This document shows positions 28,644 through 42,876 of a DNA stretch of 64,000 nucleotides, one piece after another. Origin of the DNA: Octopus sinensis (Eukaryota); NCBI RefSeq assembly GCF_006345805.1, contig NC_043005.1, forward strand, positions 67,332,001 through 67,396,000, read 5' to 3'. The notes beneath the pieces are model-generated. The model saw nothing but the letters and a program-made list of their open reading frames with translations. It was not told the origin of the DNA and did no database searches. Both the position numbers and the translations under genes were made by a program. The stretch's first letter is position 1, and each line of letters begins with the position of its first letter.

Positions 28644-28680
<37 letters not shown>

Positions 28681-28722
28681 ATACACATATATATATTTTT
28701 TTCATAGCATTTTTTCGATGGC

Positions 28723-28790
28723 CCGATGACTGAAAAGATGCCGGCGTGGGTTTCCGCCCCGACATCCGAAACTCGGAGTTTTATCGTGGC
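28723..28790 (+). ncRNA. Degenerate type I hammerhead-like motif
   Basis: CGAUGA/UUAUCG stem I, CUGAAAA core (G8 absent), GAUG.CGG/CCG.CAUC stem II, GAAA, ACUCGGAGU stem III. Confidence 0.5.
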
Positions 28791-28887
28791 TACCGAATAA
28801 TTTTCACATATTATATTTACAGATAAATTCCTCTATTTACATAATATCGAGGTCTCTTTCATTCTTTTGTTGTCTTGCCATTTCTAT

Positions 28888-28925
<38 letters not shown>

Positions 28926-30564
28926 TTTCCGTCTACCAAATCCACCCACAAGACTGGGCTGATCCCAGAACCATGCAGTTGGGAAGCAAGCTTCTTACTA
29001 TACAACTGTGCCTTGCGCATATATTTTTTCTGGACTGGGTTGAATAATTCATTGAAGATGTGTATAGTTTTATGTATCTGCATGCATGTTTATTCGGGTG
29101 AGTGTACGAAGAAGTACGGCTGTGTGTATGCGTGAGAGAGAGAGAGAGTGAGAAAGAGAGAGAGAGAGAGAAAGAAAGAGAAAGTGAGAAAGTGCGCATA
29201 TATTAATATCTGGGTGGTATAAGTTGAGATTTACATTTGGCATGTATTTGTGTTAGTGTGTGACGTGAAATCTATTCAAAGATGCATATAGTGTATTTTT
29301 GTGTCTGTACGTATAGAACGATCTTTTCATTGATGTTTATATAGTCCTGAAATTTTTATTATGTATATTGTCTTACTCTTTTTTCTGTCACATTTTGATC
29401 TTTTATTAATATTTCTTCTACATTCATGTGTAACTCTCTGATCTATACATATTTGTCTTCGTTTAAGATGACGCATATAAGGACGGATTGCATCTTTGTA
29501 TGAAATACATACACGTATATACAAACACACACAATCACGCACTCACACACAAACACACACACAAACACGCTCTCACACACACATATACACATACGGTTTT
29601 ACGCATACTTTATGTATGTACAAAGTACGTTTGTATATACATATAGTAACACACATAAACACATACACCTATGTGCGTGTATTCATGTATATATATATAT
29701 AAAATATATATCAATCCGTATATAGTACCCAACGTGTTTATATATATTTACTGATTTATAAAAAGGCAATGACTAAGTAGTCATAAATGTCACATATACC
29801 TGGTGGGAACTATCACAAACTGAAAATCTCAGGGTGCACAGTTTTTTTTACGACTTGCCTTTTTCTGTTCACTTTTTGATGCACCTTATAATCTTCTTGC
29901 TGAGATATTCTATTTTTTTCTTATCTCCAACCACCACTAAACCATATTGACCTTTATATTATTTTGCTAAAATACCACATCTCATTACAACCGTTGATTA
30001 ATTCTAGCCATCAATAATAATTTCGTTGCTATTATGTTAAACTGTCGTATGTCTTAATTTGGCCAAATGCGTTTCTTTAAATATTTATTTTTTCTTGCAA
30101 CATCCGGTTATTTTGGTCAAACTATAGTATCTCCAGTTGCTTCAGATGCCAAAATACAAAAAAATCTCCAAGTGTAGTACAACAGTTTTGCTATGGAATG
30201 CTGAAACTATTTTCTTGTTTTCTAAAAAGGCAACGTTTTGGACTTACTACACTTTTGCATAATAACAACGATTTATAGAAAATATTGAAAATCATGTACG
30301 TTCCGGGAGTCAAAAAACACGCTCGAAAATATATATCCCGCATACTAGAAAATCTGCCCCTCAAACAGGGTGAACTGTTTATGCTGAATTCTGCTTCAAG
30401 AAAATCGAATCTAACCAACAGAATTTTACTAAAATTCTATTGAAAGCAAGACCTATAACACATCTAGAATTCTTTGCCGATATGACAGAGATTTGTAAGC
30501 ACAAGATACTAGCTTCAAACTTGGTAATACATCATAAAGCCTGCGACTGTTTAGATAACGTATA

Positions 30565-30735
30565 GGCGTAGGAGTGGCTGTGTGGTAAGTAGCTTGCTTA
30601 CCGGCGACATGTTTCCGGGTTCAGTCCCACTGCGTGGCAACTTAGGCAACTTTTTTCTACTATAGCCTCGGGCCGACCAAAGCCTTGTGAGTGGACTAGG
30701 TAGACGGAAACTGAAAGAAGCCCGTCGTATATATG

Positions 30736-30781
<46 letters not shown>

Positions 30782-30979
30782 TGTGTTTGTTCTCCTAACA
30801 TCACTTGACAACCGATGCTGGTGTGTTTACGTCCCCGTAACTTAGCGGTTCGTCAAAAGAGACGGATAGAATAAGTAGTAGGCTTATAAAAAATAAGTCC
30901 TTGTGCCGATTTGCTCGACTAAAGTTGGTGCTCCAGGATGACCACAATTAAATTACAGAAACAATTAATAGAGTAAAAA
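30565..30979 (+). mobile_element. SINE family A
   Basis: ggcgtaggagtggctgtgtggtaag head, internal (TA)(TG) tract, shared 3' tail. Confidence 0.9.
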
Positions 30980-31703
30980 TGTAATTAATTATGTGTATAT
31001 GCGTATAAACAATTCATCACTAAAAGATAGATTGATGCGAGGTTTGTCCTGAAATTAATGCAAAAGTGGGCATTAACAATATAGGTTGATTAATACACAT
31101 GTTGATGGATTAAATATCTGTATGCAATTACTCTTCTTCCTGGTATTATTTTTTGCAGGCCTATTATTGTGTCTATGCAAAAAAAAACAACTTTTATATC
31201 GGTATCATCTTCCCCAAAGGAGTAAGGCATATTGTCCGACATCCAGAAAAGGCCACAGGTTGTTTACGGTTTTAACGCTATTCACAAAAGCAATGAGTTA
31301 ACATGGATGAAGAAATTTAATGAAAGGACAACCAGCATTGAAAACACGCAGTGAAAGACCATCAACAGCGATGTCTAACATGAAAGATGAAAAGCAATGT
31401 TGGCTTCGGTGGAATTTGAACGCAGGACGCATAGCCGGAAGAAATGCAGCTAAGCAATTCGTCTGGCTCGGCACGGTTCTACCTGGACCTGATGTGAGTT
31501 GTTTCGCTTCACTATATCGTACTTTCAGGAGTTTTTATTTTTGCACCAGACGCATAGACAATATATTCTCCTACGCCAAAAACCGCAGCCGATCCACGAA
31601 TTAATATATACACTGTGTATGTGTTTTCGATTTTGCTTCTATACCTCGAGCCACTTCTAATCCATATTTGAAAATATATATATATATATACGCACGCACA
31701 CAC

Positions 31704-31772
<69 letters not shown>

Positions 31773-31951
31773 CAAATACAGATGCCTTGCAGTTGCGTTT
31801 ATAGAGATTATTTCAAATCTGTGCTGCCCTAGGGTATGTAGCTATACATCTTTAGACAATACGGTACGTATACATAAATGTAAATGATATATTTGCATTT
31901 ACGATATTCATTTATGATACACACATACACACAGATGAATATACATATGCG

Positions 31952-31983
<32 letters not shown>

Positions 31984-34659
31984 TATGTATATACATGTAT
32001 ATATATGTATGTATATGTATATGCATGCATGTATATACATGTATATATATGTATGTATATGTATATGCACGTATGTATATACACAGATATATTTATGTAT
32101 TGGGAGACAACGAAAGAAAGAAAGATAGATAGATAGATAAGTACACACGTTGCCTTCCACGCATACACGTCCATAATATGTGCAATTATTTAATTTACAA
32201 GCTATTCGTCTTTCTTCAGATTCTAAAACCCAATAAAACCATGCATAAATAAATTGGTTTCTACATCCATTGAGGTCCATTTTTTACATTGAAAGTAATA
32301 TATTGTAAAGAGATATTGTTCAGAGTTGTATTTTTTGTTGGTAATGTTGCAATCGTTTAGCCATTTGTCATGGGTCTGTAACCAATTCCCTGATATGTAT
32401 ATTTTACAGCTCGAAATTGATCGGCTTTAAGTCAAGTTCTTAGCAACACATTATGTGATTTGGAATTATAGCAATTTAGGATTTTTTCTTTTTTTTTTCT
32501 TGTTTTCTTTAAAGCAGCAATAATTTCAGAAAACATTAAAAAAAACTTAACTAATAGTTTGGCCTGACTATTATGACCAAATTCTAAAATTTCTCAGCTA
32601 TGAAGTAAGTCACCATCACCAACATTTTTTCAATAACTTTCAACGTTGTAATACTTAAATTAATACACCAACGATCGAAATGCGTAGTCGCATGACTCCG
32701 AATGTTCATATATACGTACAACCTCAGAAATACTAGAAATACTTTTGTGTGACATTACCAGACCAAATATCTCACTTTCTAAATTTTTAATTTCGATTAT
32801 TGCCTACCTTCACATTATTTACAAACTTCAGCCAATGAATACATCGACATTTTATGTAGGTCTTTATTTGGGAAAACAGTTGCATCTAAAGCTCTCTTTT
32901 ATTTTCCAAACTAACTACTTGTAAATGAAATCATACTCAACTTACGTAATGCTCCAAGAAAATGAGTGAGAGAAAAGTAAAAAGAGCTTAATTACTACGA
33001 ATAAAAGCAGCTAAAAGCTCAACAATTATGTCAAATATTCTATATTTCGTCTTGCACTTGCCTCTTTCATCATTAGAGCCGATCTGGGTCTAAAAGCTAA
33101 CAACAGTTACAAAAAACACTTGGTGGGGAACTATTAGTCAGATTGTCCAGCCTCTCTAGTCCACATTGTCTGGTAAAACTTTTGAGATTCATCCTCAGAG
33201 GCACATTTTTACTTATAACCATACAACTTCCCTACGGCCTCAAAATAAACACACGTCAGTGACTTTTAGCGACAATTCTGCATTTGTAACAACGCAGTAA
33301 CGCTAAACTTGTATCAACCACACTGAAATTTCAAAGTAAAATTTTAAACGTATTACTTATTATCTCAAAGCTCACTCCTTGCAAGCAATATAAAAGAAAG
33401 CCAAACATGAACAAAATTTGTTCTTAGATAATATGAATACACTACACAAACAAAAATTAAAAATAATCCTTGTTACTTAAAATTGCTCTATAATACTTAC
33501 AACAGACATGCATGGGCATGATCTGATTCGTTCTGAGTGGTAATTGAGAACACAATTTCAAGGCTTCTCTTGATATATAACATAACTTTAGACCGGGTAT
33601 TTTCATTTTAAAAAATAAGGCACTGAATTCCAGTATCTATATATTTTATGTAAATGGGAATTATATCTAAATTTAGACTGATTCGAAGTAAAACTACTGT
33701 CAAAGTTGTCAGACTACATATCTATTTAAGTATTCTGAACCTAGAAGGTTTAGATGAAAGTACAGTGGACAGCCGGTTGATTGAACATAGAAATATTTTA
33801 AACAGCTAAGAGAAGTAAGGAAGAGTGATTTCCTATTGTTTTGTATTCAAACTGAAATCGTATGAATTCTCTGAATGGAAGAAATATTTAAGAAATACTG
33901 TTATTCATATAAGAAAATTTAGATGGAGTAACGGCATTTCATTTTGCTATATTAGACTAGTCGGTGATATTATTAATGTGCAGAGTTTTGGCATTGAATT
34001 CGAGAGCATTATTAAACAAAACATTCAGAAAACGTATGGGATTTATTAAGTACGAAGTTCTTAATTATAATACTCGGTTAGTTTGAAAACTTATGGAGAT
34101 AAAGAGACACATAAGTTTGTGGTGTGGATAAAGAGGAAGCTATTAAGATCTAAGCTTAACTCAGGAGAGTGTTTGTTTTTTTTGCTAGTCAATCTATAAC
34201 TTATATACAATGTTATATTTTCTGGGGAATATGTTGGAACATTTGCAAGCAATCAAGAGTTTCTGGACATTAATTTATGAATGTTCGTTGTCTTCTCGTT
34301 GCTGATCCCCGACAATCCATCCAAAATTGCTTTCTGATTTTACACGACAATCTCGCACGGTTTAGTTGAATAGTTGGCTCTCATGGGATTACTGTAAGGA
34401 ATATTAGCAATTCGTTCCTCCAGTTTGGCTATTTCACATTATTGCTGCAATGCATACGTGAAAAACACCTATTTCCTACTAAAAATATGTTGGATGTCAC
34501 AAAAAGAAGAGCGAGAGTGGAGTTAGAGAACATATTACTTAAAAAGACAAATTTAGATATCTCACAAATTGACACCTTTATGTCTGTCATATATCGCTTT
34601 GTTTCTTTTAAGATAAACATGCGCTACTCCACTCTAAACGCTTTGCAACGTTTGTTTTC

Positions 34660-35216
34660 AAAAGTAGTAGTTTTTTAGTGCAGCCCTCCCGTGAAATCTG
34701 GCTTTGTGCTGCTCCCGGCGAACAGTTTTGGGGGACACTGGGTTCTCCAGGTGGTCATAAGCTCTGCAGTAATTTTGGGAGCTGTAGTTTTGTAATCCTT
34801 TCTAACAATTCGTGTAATAGTCCGACGATCCTTATCTGAAAATGTTAGTTTTCTTCCGGAGTTTTATTTTGATGAGGAGGTTTCTCTCTCTTTCTCAAAA
34901 GCTGTCATTACTTTCTAGACAGTACTTCTTGATACACCAAACATTTCGGCTGTTTTCGTTACACAAGTGTCTTCCATACGAACACCAACAATTTGACCTC
35001 TTTGACAGTCCGACAGATCTGTCATTTTAATGAATTTTAATTACCTTTTCTGATGATATCGGAAAAGAAACAGCAATTTTAGCAAAACATATTTAGCAAC
35101 ACTAATAATAAATGAAAAAAAAACATAAAAATAAAGAAGCTTTTGAAAGTTTTATAGATATTTCAATATTATAATGCTATGATGCTAGGAGTTTCGATTA
35201 TTTTGTCCAACCCCTG
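34660..35216 (-). mobile_element. Tc1 5' remnant (TIR plus DNA-binding region)
   Basis: ta|caggggttggacaaaataatcgaaac terminus; SDKDRRTITRIVRKDYKTTAPKITAEL...VSPKTVRRE. Confidence 0.7.
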
Positions 35217-35241
35217 TATATATATGTATATATATATACAT

Positions 35242-35341
<100 letters not shown>

Positions 35342-35425
35342 GAAAATTGGTTTGTGAAAGCACGTGGTTGAATATATAGAAAATAGTAAAAAGTGAAAAA
35401 CTACAGAAGGCTTAAAGGTTAAAAA

Positions 35426-36958
35426 ATGAAACCCTTCCTTAAACATATCGATAGCCATATCAGAGATGACTTAGATATGTTAAACCACCTTCCAAAAAAA
35501 GCCAAGGAAGAAACAATCCTGGTATCATTTGATGTAGTTTACTTATATACCAGTATACCTCATAATTATGGACTAGAGGCAATACAGTTCTGGCTGGACC
35601 GATTTCCGGAAGAAATACCAAAAAGGATCAGTACAGAATTCATTACTAAATCAATTGAATTCATCCTACATAATAACCACTTCATGTTTGACAATACATT
35701 TTACCGTCAAAAATCCGGAATTGCCATGGGTACAAGGGCAGCACCAGTCATTGTGAACCTAACAATGGGCTACATGGAAATAATCATTTACCAGGAATCT
35801 TTATCAATCTTTGGAAACCCCCTTTCTCAATACATAAAAGAGAATTGGAAACGATTCTTAGACGATTGCTTTATACTCTGGAATGAAAACACAGATAAAC
35901 TCCTAAAATTTAAAAACCTATTGAACAGCATAAACCCAAATATACAGTTCACAATGGAATACAACCAAAAGGAGCTCCCGTTCTTGGATATACTAATTAA
36001 AAAAATTAACCTTAAAATAGAAACAGACATTTTTTACAAAGCCACAGACGCCAAACAATACCTTCTTTTTAATTCATGCCACCCAAGACACACTAAAACA
36101 AACATCCCCTTCAACCTTGCAAGAAGGATATGCACAATAGTGTCAGAACAAAATACCAGGAACTTTAGACTGCAAGAACTCAAAAACACCCTAATTGACA
36201 GACATTACCCAACTCAACTCATAGAGGATGGGATCAAACGTGCAACAGAAATCAACATAGAAACTTTAAGAAAAGTTCAACACAACAACACACCTTCCCC
36301 GATAATACTACCTTACATATCTACATACAACCCCAGAAACAAAGAAGCCTTCACCATCATCACCCAGAATTTACCAATACTTCATAAGGACCCCAAATTA
36401 AAGGAAATTCTAAACATACACCAAATCATTAAAAGCTACTAACAACCTAAATCACTTAAAAAGATTCTCACAAAGGCAAAAATGTTTTCTGAAATTACGG
36501 ATGCAAAAGTAAAAAAATGTGGTAGATCGAACTGTGCAACATGTCCAAACCTGCTAGAAGGATCAGTATTCCTCTTTAAAGAGGGACAGAAATTCAAGAT
36601 CAAATCAAACTTTACTTGTGCCTCTGAAAACATAATTTATGTCATAAAATGCTCGGGCGGCCACCAAGACTACGTGGGATCCACGGGACTATCACTCAGA
36701 CGTAGATGTACACTGCATCGACAACAGATTGCATTCCCAGAATACAGAATGATACCTTTTAGTGAGCACATTGAGAAATGCGCAAAGCAACTACTACCAC
36801 AATTTTTAATCTTTCCATTTTACCAATATGCTATCGGATCAACACAAATTAGACTAAACAAGGAAACATTCTTCATTGAAAAGTACAAGCCCAGACTTAA
36901 CCATGCCAACATACTGATACAGAGAAATTCACACCAAGGGAAAAGAAAACAAATTTAG
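35426..36958 (+). pseudogene. PLE reverse transcriptase + Cys linker + GIY-YIG endonuclease, one in-frame stop at 36440-36442
   Basis: SFDVVYLYTSIP, QKSGIAMG, RFLDDCF, LPFLD, FYKATD; CGRSNCATC linker; NIIYVIKC...DYVGST...R...H; the two ORFs share one frame. Confidence 0.92.
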
Positions 36959-37074
36959 AAAAAAATTTTAAGCGATTATCTCCCTTACACCGGAAAAAAT
37001 CACTCATTACCTCCCCATATTTAGAACTCTTTTAAACATAACGAAAACTCTATTCAACATAAACATAACGTCGT

Positions 37075-37113
37075 AAGAAATTTGAAAAGCTAAACGCGAA
37101 ACCGGTCTTTCTT
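37075..37113 (+). ncRNA. Minimal hammerhead-like motif with UUGAAAA core in the PLE 3' region
   Basis: AAGAAA/UUUCUU stem I (one extra U), UUGAAAA, GC-UAAAC-GC, GAAA, ACCGGU palindrome, GUC. Confidence 0.5.
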
Positions 37114-37227
37114 CTAAATTATGTCATTGTAAGGAAAAATTTTTTTAATATTCTTCAGACATATTGACGCAAATATATATATTTTTTAACCTTTAAGCCT
37201 TCTGTAGTTTTTCACTTTTTACTATTT

Positions 37228-37308
<81 letters not shown>

Positions 37309-37336
37309 ATATATATATATATGTATATTATATATG

Positions 37337-37420
<84 letters not shown>

Positions 37421-38760
37421 TCAGATATATATATATATATATATGCATATATGTGTACGGGATATCAGCAACTCTAAATAATATGACGTACGAAAACAAA
37501 CGAGTTAAATATGCAAACCAAGAAAACATGGAAAATGGGAAAAGTAACACAAATAACCATCCTACATCAGTTGTTGGCGGTCTGTCTACACCTCATTTCA
37601 AACATTCAATAACAATATAAGTCTTTGAAGACAAGTAGTCCCATAACTTCCAAAATAAAATTTTGGATTTTATGGAGGGTCAAAGTTGGAAAACAAAAAC
37701 AGGCCAGTGGAGACATACAAGGGAATTGAATGGAAACAAGCATGGAGGGTCGTTACACCAGAACGAGGAGAAAATAGTTAACAATGAGAGAAATATTTTC
37801 TTTGAAAAGAGTAAAGATAGGAGAGGAAGATAGAAGACGTCCCCCATCCTTCTCTAATTCCTTTTTTCCCCTCACCGTGGGTTATATGCCTTTATTATCT
37901 CCGTTTCAACATACTGTAAGTTTAATGTTAACATCTCTTACTTCAAACATGTGGTAATTTTCACTATCTTAATAGAAAATACACCGTTGTAGTTTATCCA
38001 TTCAGACTCACCCACCGCCAACAGAAAGTTATGCTAACTTCCAAATGCAATACAGTAGACTCTTTCTTGTACAGTTTAGTAATGTATACGTTTATTTGTT
38101 CGTTAGATAATGTATCCATAGTTTTGTTAGCCCTTATATTTCCTTTGAAACTTTTTCAATGAATTGAATCGAATCTCATTTTTTACTGATGTCTATCGTA
38201 CATATTTACTAGCTTTACATAGATACCATCATTATTCACTCTTGAACATTTGATATATTCTGTGAAAGAAAGCAGGTGCTCTGCTAAGTTGATAGTTTGA
38301 AATCGTTACAAAATTCTATAACAACCAAACAAGCATTGTTCTTAAAGTTATATATTAACAGCAGGTTCATGCTGTAAGTTTATTGCAGATAGAATATAAT
38401 GTGAATTTGTGTTTGTGTGTGTTTGTGTGCGTGTGTGTGCGTGTGAGTGAGTGAGAGAGTGTGTGTGTGTGTGTGTGTGTGCTATTATTTTGGTCCGTTG
38501 GATCCAGAAGTCGCTAAGCTATAAATAATACCGTGTAAATATTGGGTATGGATAAAAACAGAGATAAATAGAGATAAATAGCTACCTATCTACCTAACTA
38601 CCTACACACACACACATATATATATGTATAAATAGATTCATACATACATTCATAAATATATATGTATGTATACACACACATATGTATATATATATATATA
38701 TACATATATGTGTATGTATATACAAATATATACATATATATATGAATATATACACATGTT

Positions 38761-38867
<107 letters not shown>

Positions 38868-39761
38868 TTGTACATGTTTATGTGTATATACGTATATATG
38901 TATGTATTTATGTATATATAAATGTATATATAAATCTATTTATTAAAACTTGTTTAATGATTGTTTGCAAATAGCTGAGCATGAGTATATCTGGTACTGT
39001 ATGTATTTTGGAATTATGAGACAGACACATTCTCCTTTATAATACATTAAAATATAAAGCATCAAAAAAGGAAAACGTATAACGATAGAATATTTTTCTT
39101 TAAAACATTTTTCCTTTGTAGGATTAATTAAATTAGCAAACGTTTTGCTTCACATTTGGAAACATTGAAAATATTTGAAGTGGCTCAAGTGAATTTACGT
39201 GATTTTAAAATTGCAAAAACTAGACAAATAAATGTATTCTGTGACGTTAGCAACTGGTAGGACAATCACTCTTCTACAACGTATATAAATATAGGTGCGT
39301 GTATGTGTGTGCGTGAGTGTGTATGTGTATGTATGTGTGTCTGTGTGTGTATAAGAGAGGTTTTATGTGTGTTTGCGTATGTAATTGTGTATATTATTAT
39401 ATATGTAACAAAACAAACATAAACTTACTCATAAACCACATACACACATACATACATATATGCATATATACATCGGTATATGTATATGTACAAATATATG
39501 AATATCTATCAATCTCTGTAGCTGTCTGTCTGTCTGTCTCTCTCCCTGTATATGTATATATATATATCAAGTGTATGAGAGGTATTGGTGTCAAGAAAAC
39601 TCAAAGGTATCAGGTAATGCTGAGTAATTGCTAGGGACAGACTATTGTTAATCTCCAAGTTCGATAATGATATGAGATAAAAAAAATCCAAGGCTGTGAA
39701 TAGTTTTGAGAACATTTATAAAGAGAAGGTTTTAATGTTTACTTAAACATTTTCTCGCACC

Positions 39762-39809
39762 GTCTCTGATGAAGGGATATATAAAATATCCCGGAAACAG
39801 TTGTAAGAC
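39762..39809 (+). ncRNA. Type I hammerhead ribozyme motif
   Basis: GUCU/AGAC stem I, CUGAUGA, GGGAUAU/AUAUCCC stem II (A.G at its base), GAAA, ACAGUUGU stem III, GUA. Confidence 0.7.
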
Positions 39810-39924
39810 CTTCTCTTTATAAATGTTCTGAAACCTATTCACAGCCTTAGATTATTTTTTTATCTCACCTGTTAAGTTATAGTTAGATAGATATGCATGT
39901 ATATTGACACTATTACATATCTTC

Positions 39925-39963
<39 letters not shown>

Positions 39964-39966
<3 letters not shown>

Positions 39967-40122
39967 GTAGGGGTGGCTGTATGGTAAGTAGCTTGCTTAC
40001 CAACCACATGGTTCTGGGTTCAGCCCCACTACGTGTCACTTTGGTCAAGTGTCTACTGTAGCCTCGGGCCTACCAAAGCCTTGTGAGTTGATTTGGTAGA
40101 CGGAAACTGAAAGAAGCCTCTC

Positions 40123-40193
<71 letters not shown>

Positions 40194-40389
40194 TATGTCA
40201 GTGTCCCTCCCAGCATTGCTTGACAACTGATGTTGGTGTCTTTATGTCCCCCGTAACTTAGCGGTTCAGTAAAAGACACCGATAGAATAAGTACTAGGCT
40301 TACAAAGAATAAGTCCTACGGTCGAATTGTTCGACTAAAGGCTTTGCAGCAGTATGGCCGAAATTAAATAATTGAAACAATTAATAGAA
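39964..40389 (+). mobile_element. SINE family A
   Basis: Homologous to 30565-30979. Confidence 0.88.
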
Positions 40390-40443
<54 letters not shown>

Positions 40444-40449
<6 letters not shown>

Positions 40450-41241
40450 AATGAATGATTTTATATATAATGAACGTGAAATACAGGAAGGGACGAACAC
40501 GGAACACAGACAAATCATTCGAAGCCTTCAATCTTCAGTCAGACACCGAATCATCATAGCAAATTTCGGCTGTTCAATTCTGATATTTGCTCCAACTCGG
40601 CCAGCCCCAAGAAAAAAACTAAGCTGTAAGCATTAGATTTCTTGGTAGAAGACAGGAATGTGAACGCACAAGACGGATGTAAATACAAGAGACGAAAACG
40701 AAATTGAAAACAGTAATGAATAAACAAAAATATATATAACGGTGGTTGTCATACGACTTTAGACCAAATGAGACAGAAACAACAACATAGCAGCTGGCGT
40801 AGAAATAATTACCGTTTCGGTAGCGGGGACACATGTTGGTCGAGATACGATGGCCAACAGAATGGTTTAAGAAGCAGCAGGTTGCAGGAGAGAGAGAGAA
40901 AGAGAGACAGAGAGAGAGGGAATCAAAGAGGGTGGAAGGCAGGGGACAGAATCAGTGACCAAGAGAAAAGGAGAAAGAAGGGATTAAGGAGGATGGGAGG
41001 AAGAGGGGAGGAGGATGGGAGGAAGAGGGGGGAAGAATCGGAGGGCGCCAAAAAGTTTGGTGAAGAAGCAATGGCGGGTAGGAAAGACAGTGTGTATAGA
41101 AGTCGTGCAGGGTTTAAAATTGGACAAACAAACGGGGGGGTGCACGTAACGCCGCAATAATATAAGAATGAATGTTTTTATATATAATGAACGTGAAATA
41201 CAGGAAGGGACGAACACGGAACACAGACAAATCATTCGAAG
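40444..41241 (-). repeat. Non-coding element with ~80-bp terminal direct repeat (period ~717 bp)
   Basis: ataagaatgaatg...acaaatcattcgaag occurs at 40444-40524 and 41161-41241; adjacent to (TA)n. Confidence 0.75.
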
Positions 41242-41422
41242 TCTGTGTGTGTACATGTTTTTCATTCATGCATATAAACGAAGTTATACATAAGTATAAA
41301 TATATGCATATATAAGTGTATGTTTGTGTGTACATATATGCGTAGTAACAGGTAGAGAGAAAGGAGAGAGAGGGAGAGAGAGGGGAGAGAGAGGAAGAGA
41401 GAGAGCAATAAACCAATCTAAC

Positions 41423-41563
41423 TTCGGTTGTGGATTTGAGAACTATCACTTCCTTTAGGTCACGGATGCCTCTATCAACAGGTGTCACATCAGGCAGTTT
41501 TACGCACTCTGTTTGAAAGGCTTGAAACTCAGTCAACCGAAACAGATCTCTATGTCTAAGTTC
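41423..41563 (-). CDS. Candidate host coding exon (141 bp, phase 0-0), product unknown
   Basis: ttccattttag acceptor, gttaga donor, only one open frame: ELRHRDLFRLTEFQAFQTECVKLPDVTPVDRGIRDLKEVIVLKSTTE; non-repetitive sequence. Confidence 0.45.
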
Positions 41564-42499
41564 CTAAAATGGAATAATTCTGTTTATTAACCTGACCTTT
41601 ATCTGTATACTTAAGATAAAATACATACCAGAAATACCCTCGTTTGCAAAAAAGACTCAATGTTTAAGGTTATAAGCCATAACTGATTTTGTGTCGTATA
41701 TTATCTCCGTTTCAGAATTATATATTAATTAAGAATATATATATTTTTTTCCAGTTGCCGTTCTATTTCTAATAGCGTAAATATTCTATCCCAACGTTGT
41801 TCTCCCCACCACCCTCACATTCAATTTCAATGTGTTTGCTTACTTATGTTCTATTATTCTTGTATTGTAATGGGAATTAGATTACTGGGTATTCGCTCGC
41901 CTAGCAGACGTCTATTTCAATTCCCATACTCCATCTGTCGACGTATATTAGTCATATGTCCACAAGAGATGCATACGACGTCTTAACAATGTGAAAAGAA
42001 GACAAATAAAATCAATAAGAAAGAATAAAATAGAATGAAGAGAGTGTGACATGAAATGTATATCTGAATATTTTAGTGTGTGTAGTTGAATTAACACTTA
42101 ACTGAGAAAAGAGAATTCCGATTAATAACATATTTCCATACTTCTAAGTTAGATCGGCAGTCGAGCATTTATTATAACTAACATGCTTTGTGATCAGAGA
42201 ATATTTTGGTATGAATATACCCGAATAAAAGAAAACTCTATTATTAGAAGTTAAGACAAGCTAATATGAAATTTTATGGCATTTTCAAATTGACACACAT
42301 GATTCAATTATATTTAAGTGAAGCCATTCGATTCGCAGCTCATGCTATGATCATGTTATAACGTGTGCCATGACATTGCGGCAAACCGGCATCGGTTACT
42401 AATAATCGAAAACATTCACCAAAGTATGAACACCTTCAGATTTTTCAGTCTTGTTCCCCTTACCCATTCTCTTCTATGAAGCTAACGCCTAATTTCAAA

Positions 42500-42576
<77 letters not shown>

Positions 42577-42876
42577 AAATGTTCTGCTGCTTACCCTTGT
42601 AATGTTAAATACCCGAGGAAAAAGAAACAAATATAATCATAAAAATGTTGTTTTCTGCGATTCTCAGTCAAAAATAGCCAAATAAATGAGAAATAAATTC
42701 TATAAAACAATTGCATTGACGATAATTTGGGGAATGGTGAAATATTACGGAATTACAAAATGCGCAGCGCATGAAATGTGAAATCATTTCCACAAATAAA
42801 TTTGTACGTATGTATACATATGTGTGTGTTTGTATATATGTATATACATATATATATATATATTTTTTTTTTTTTT

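Larger units (their letters stand above)
35378..37230 (+). mobile_element. Penelope-like element (Neptune-like), 5'-truncated, bounded by a perfect 50-bp inverted repeat
   Basis: RT-EN reading frame; 35378-35427 is the reverse complement of 37181-37230. Confidence 0.92.

Noticed and set aside
34442-34678. 78-aa plus-strand ORF
   Set aside because: No recognisable motif; abuts the Tc1 relic and is probably decayed element sequence
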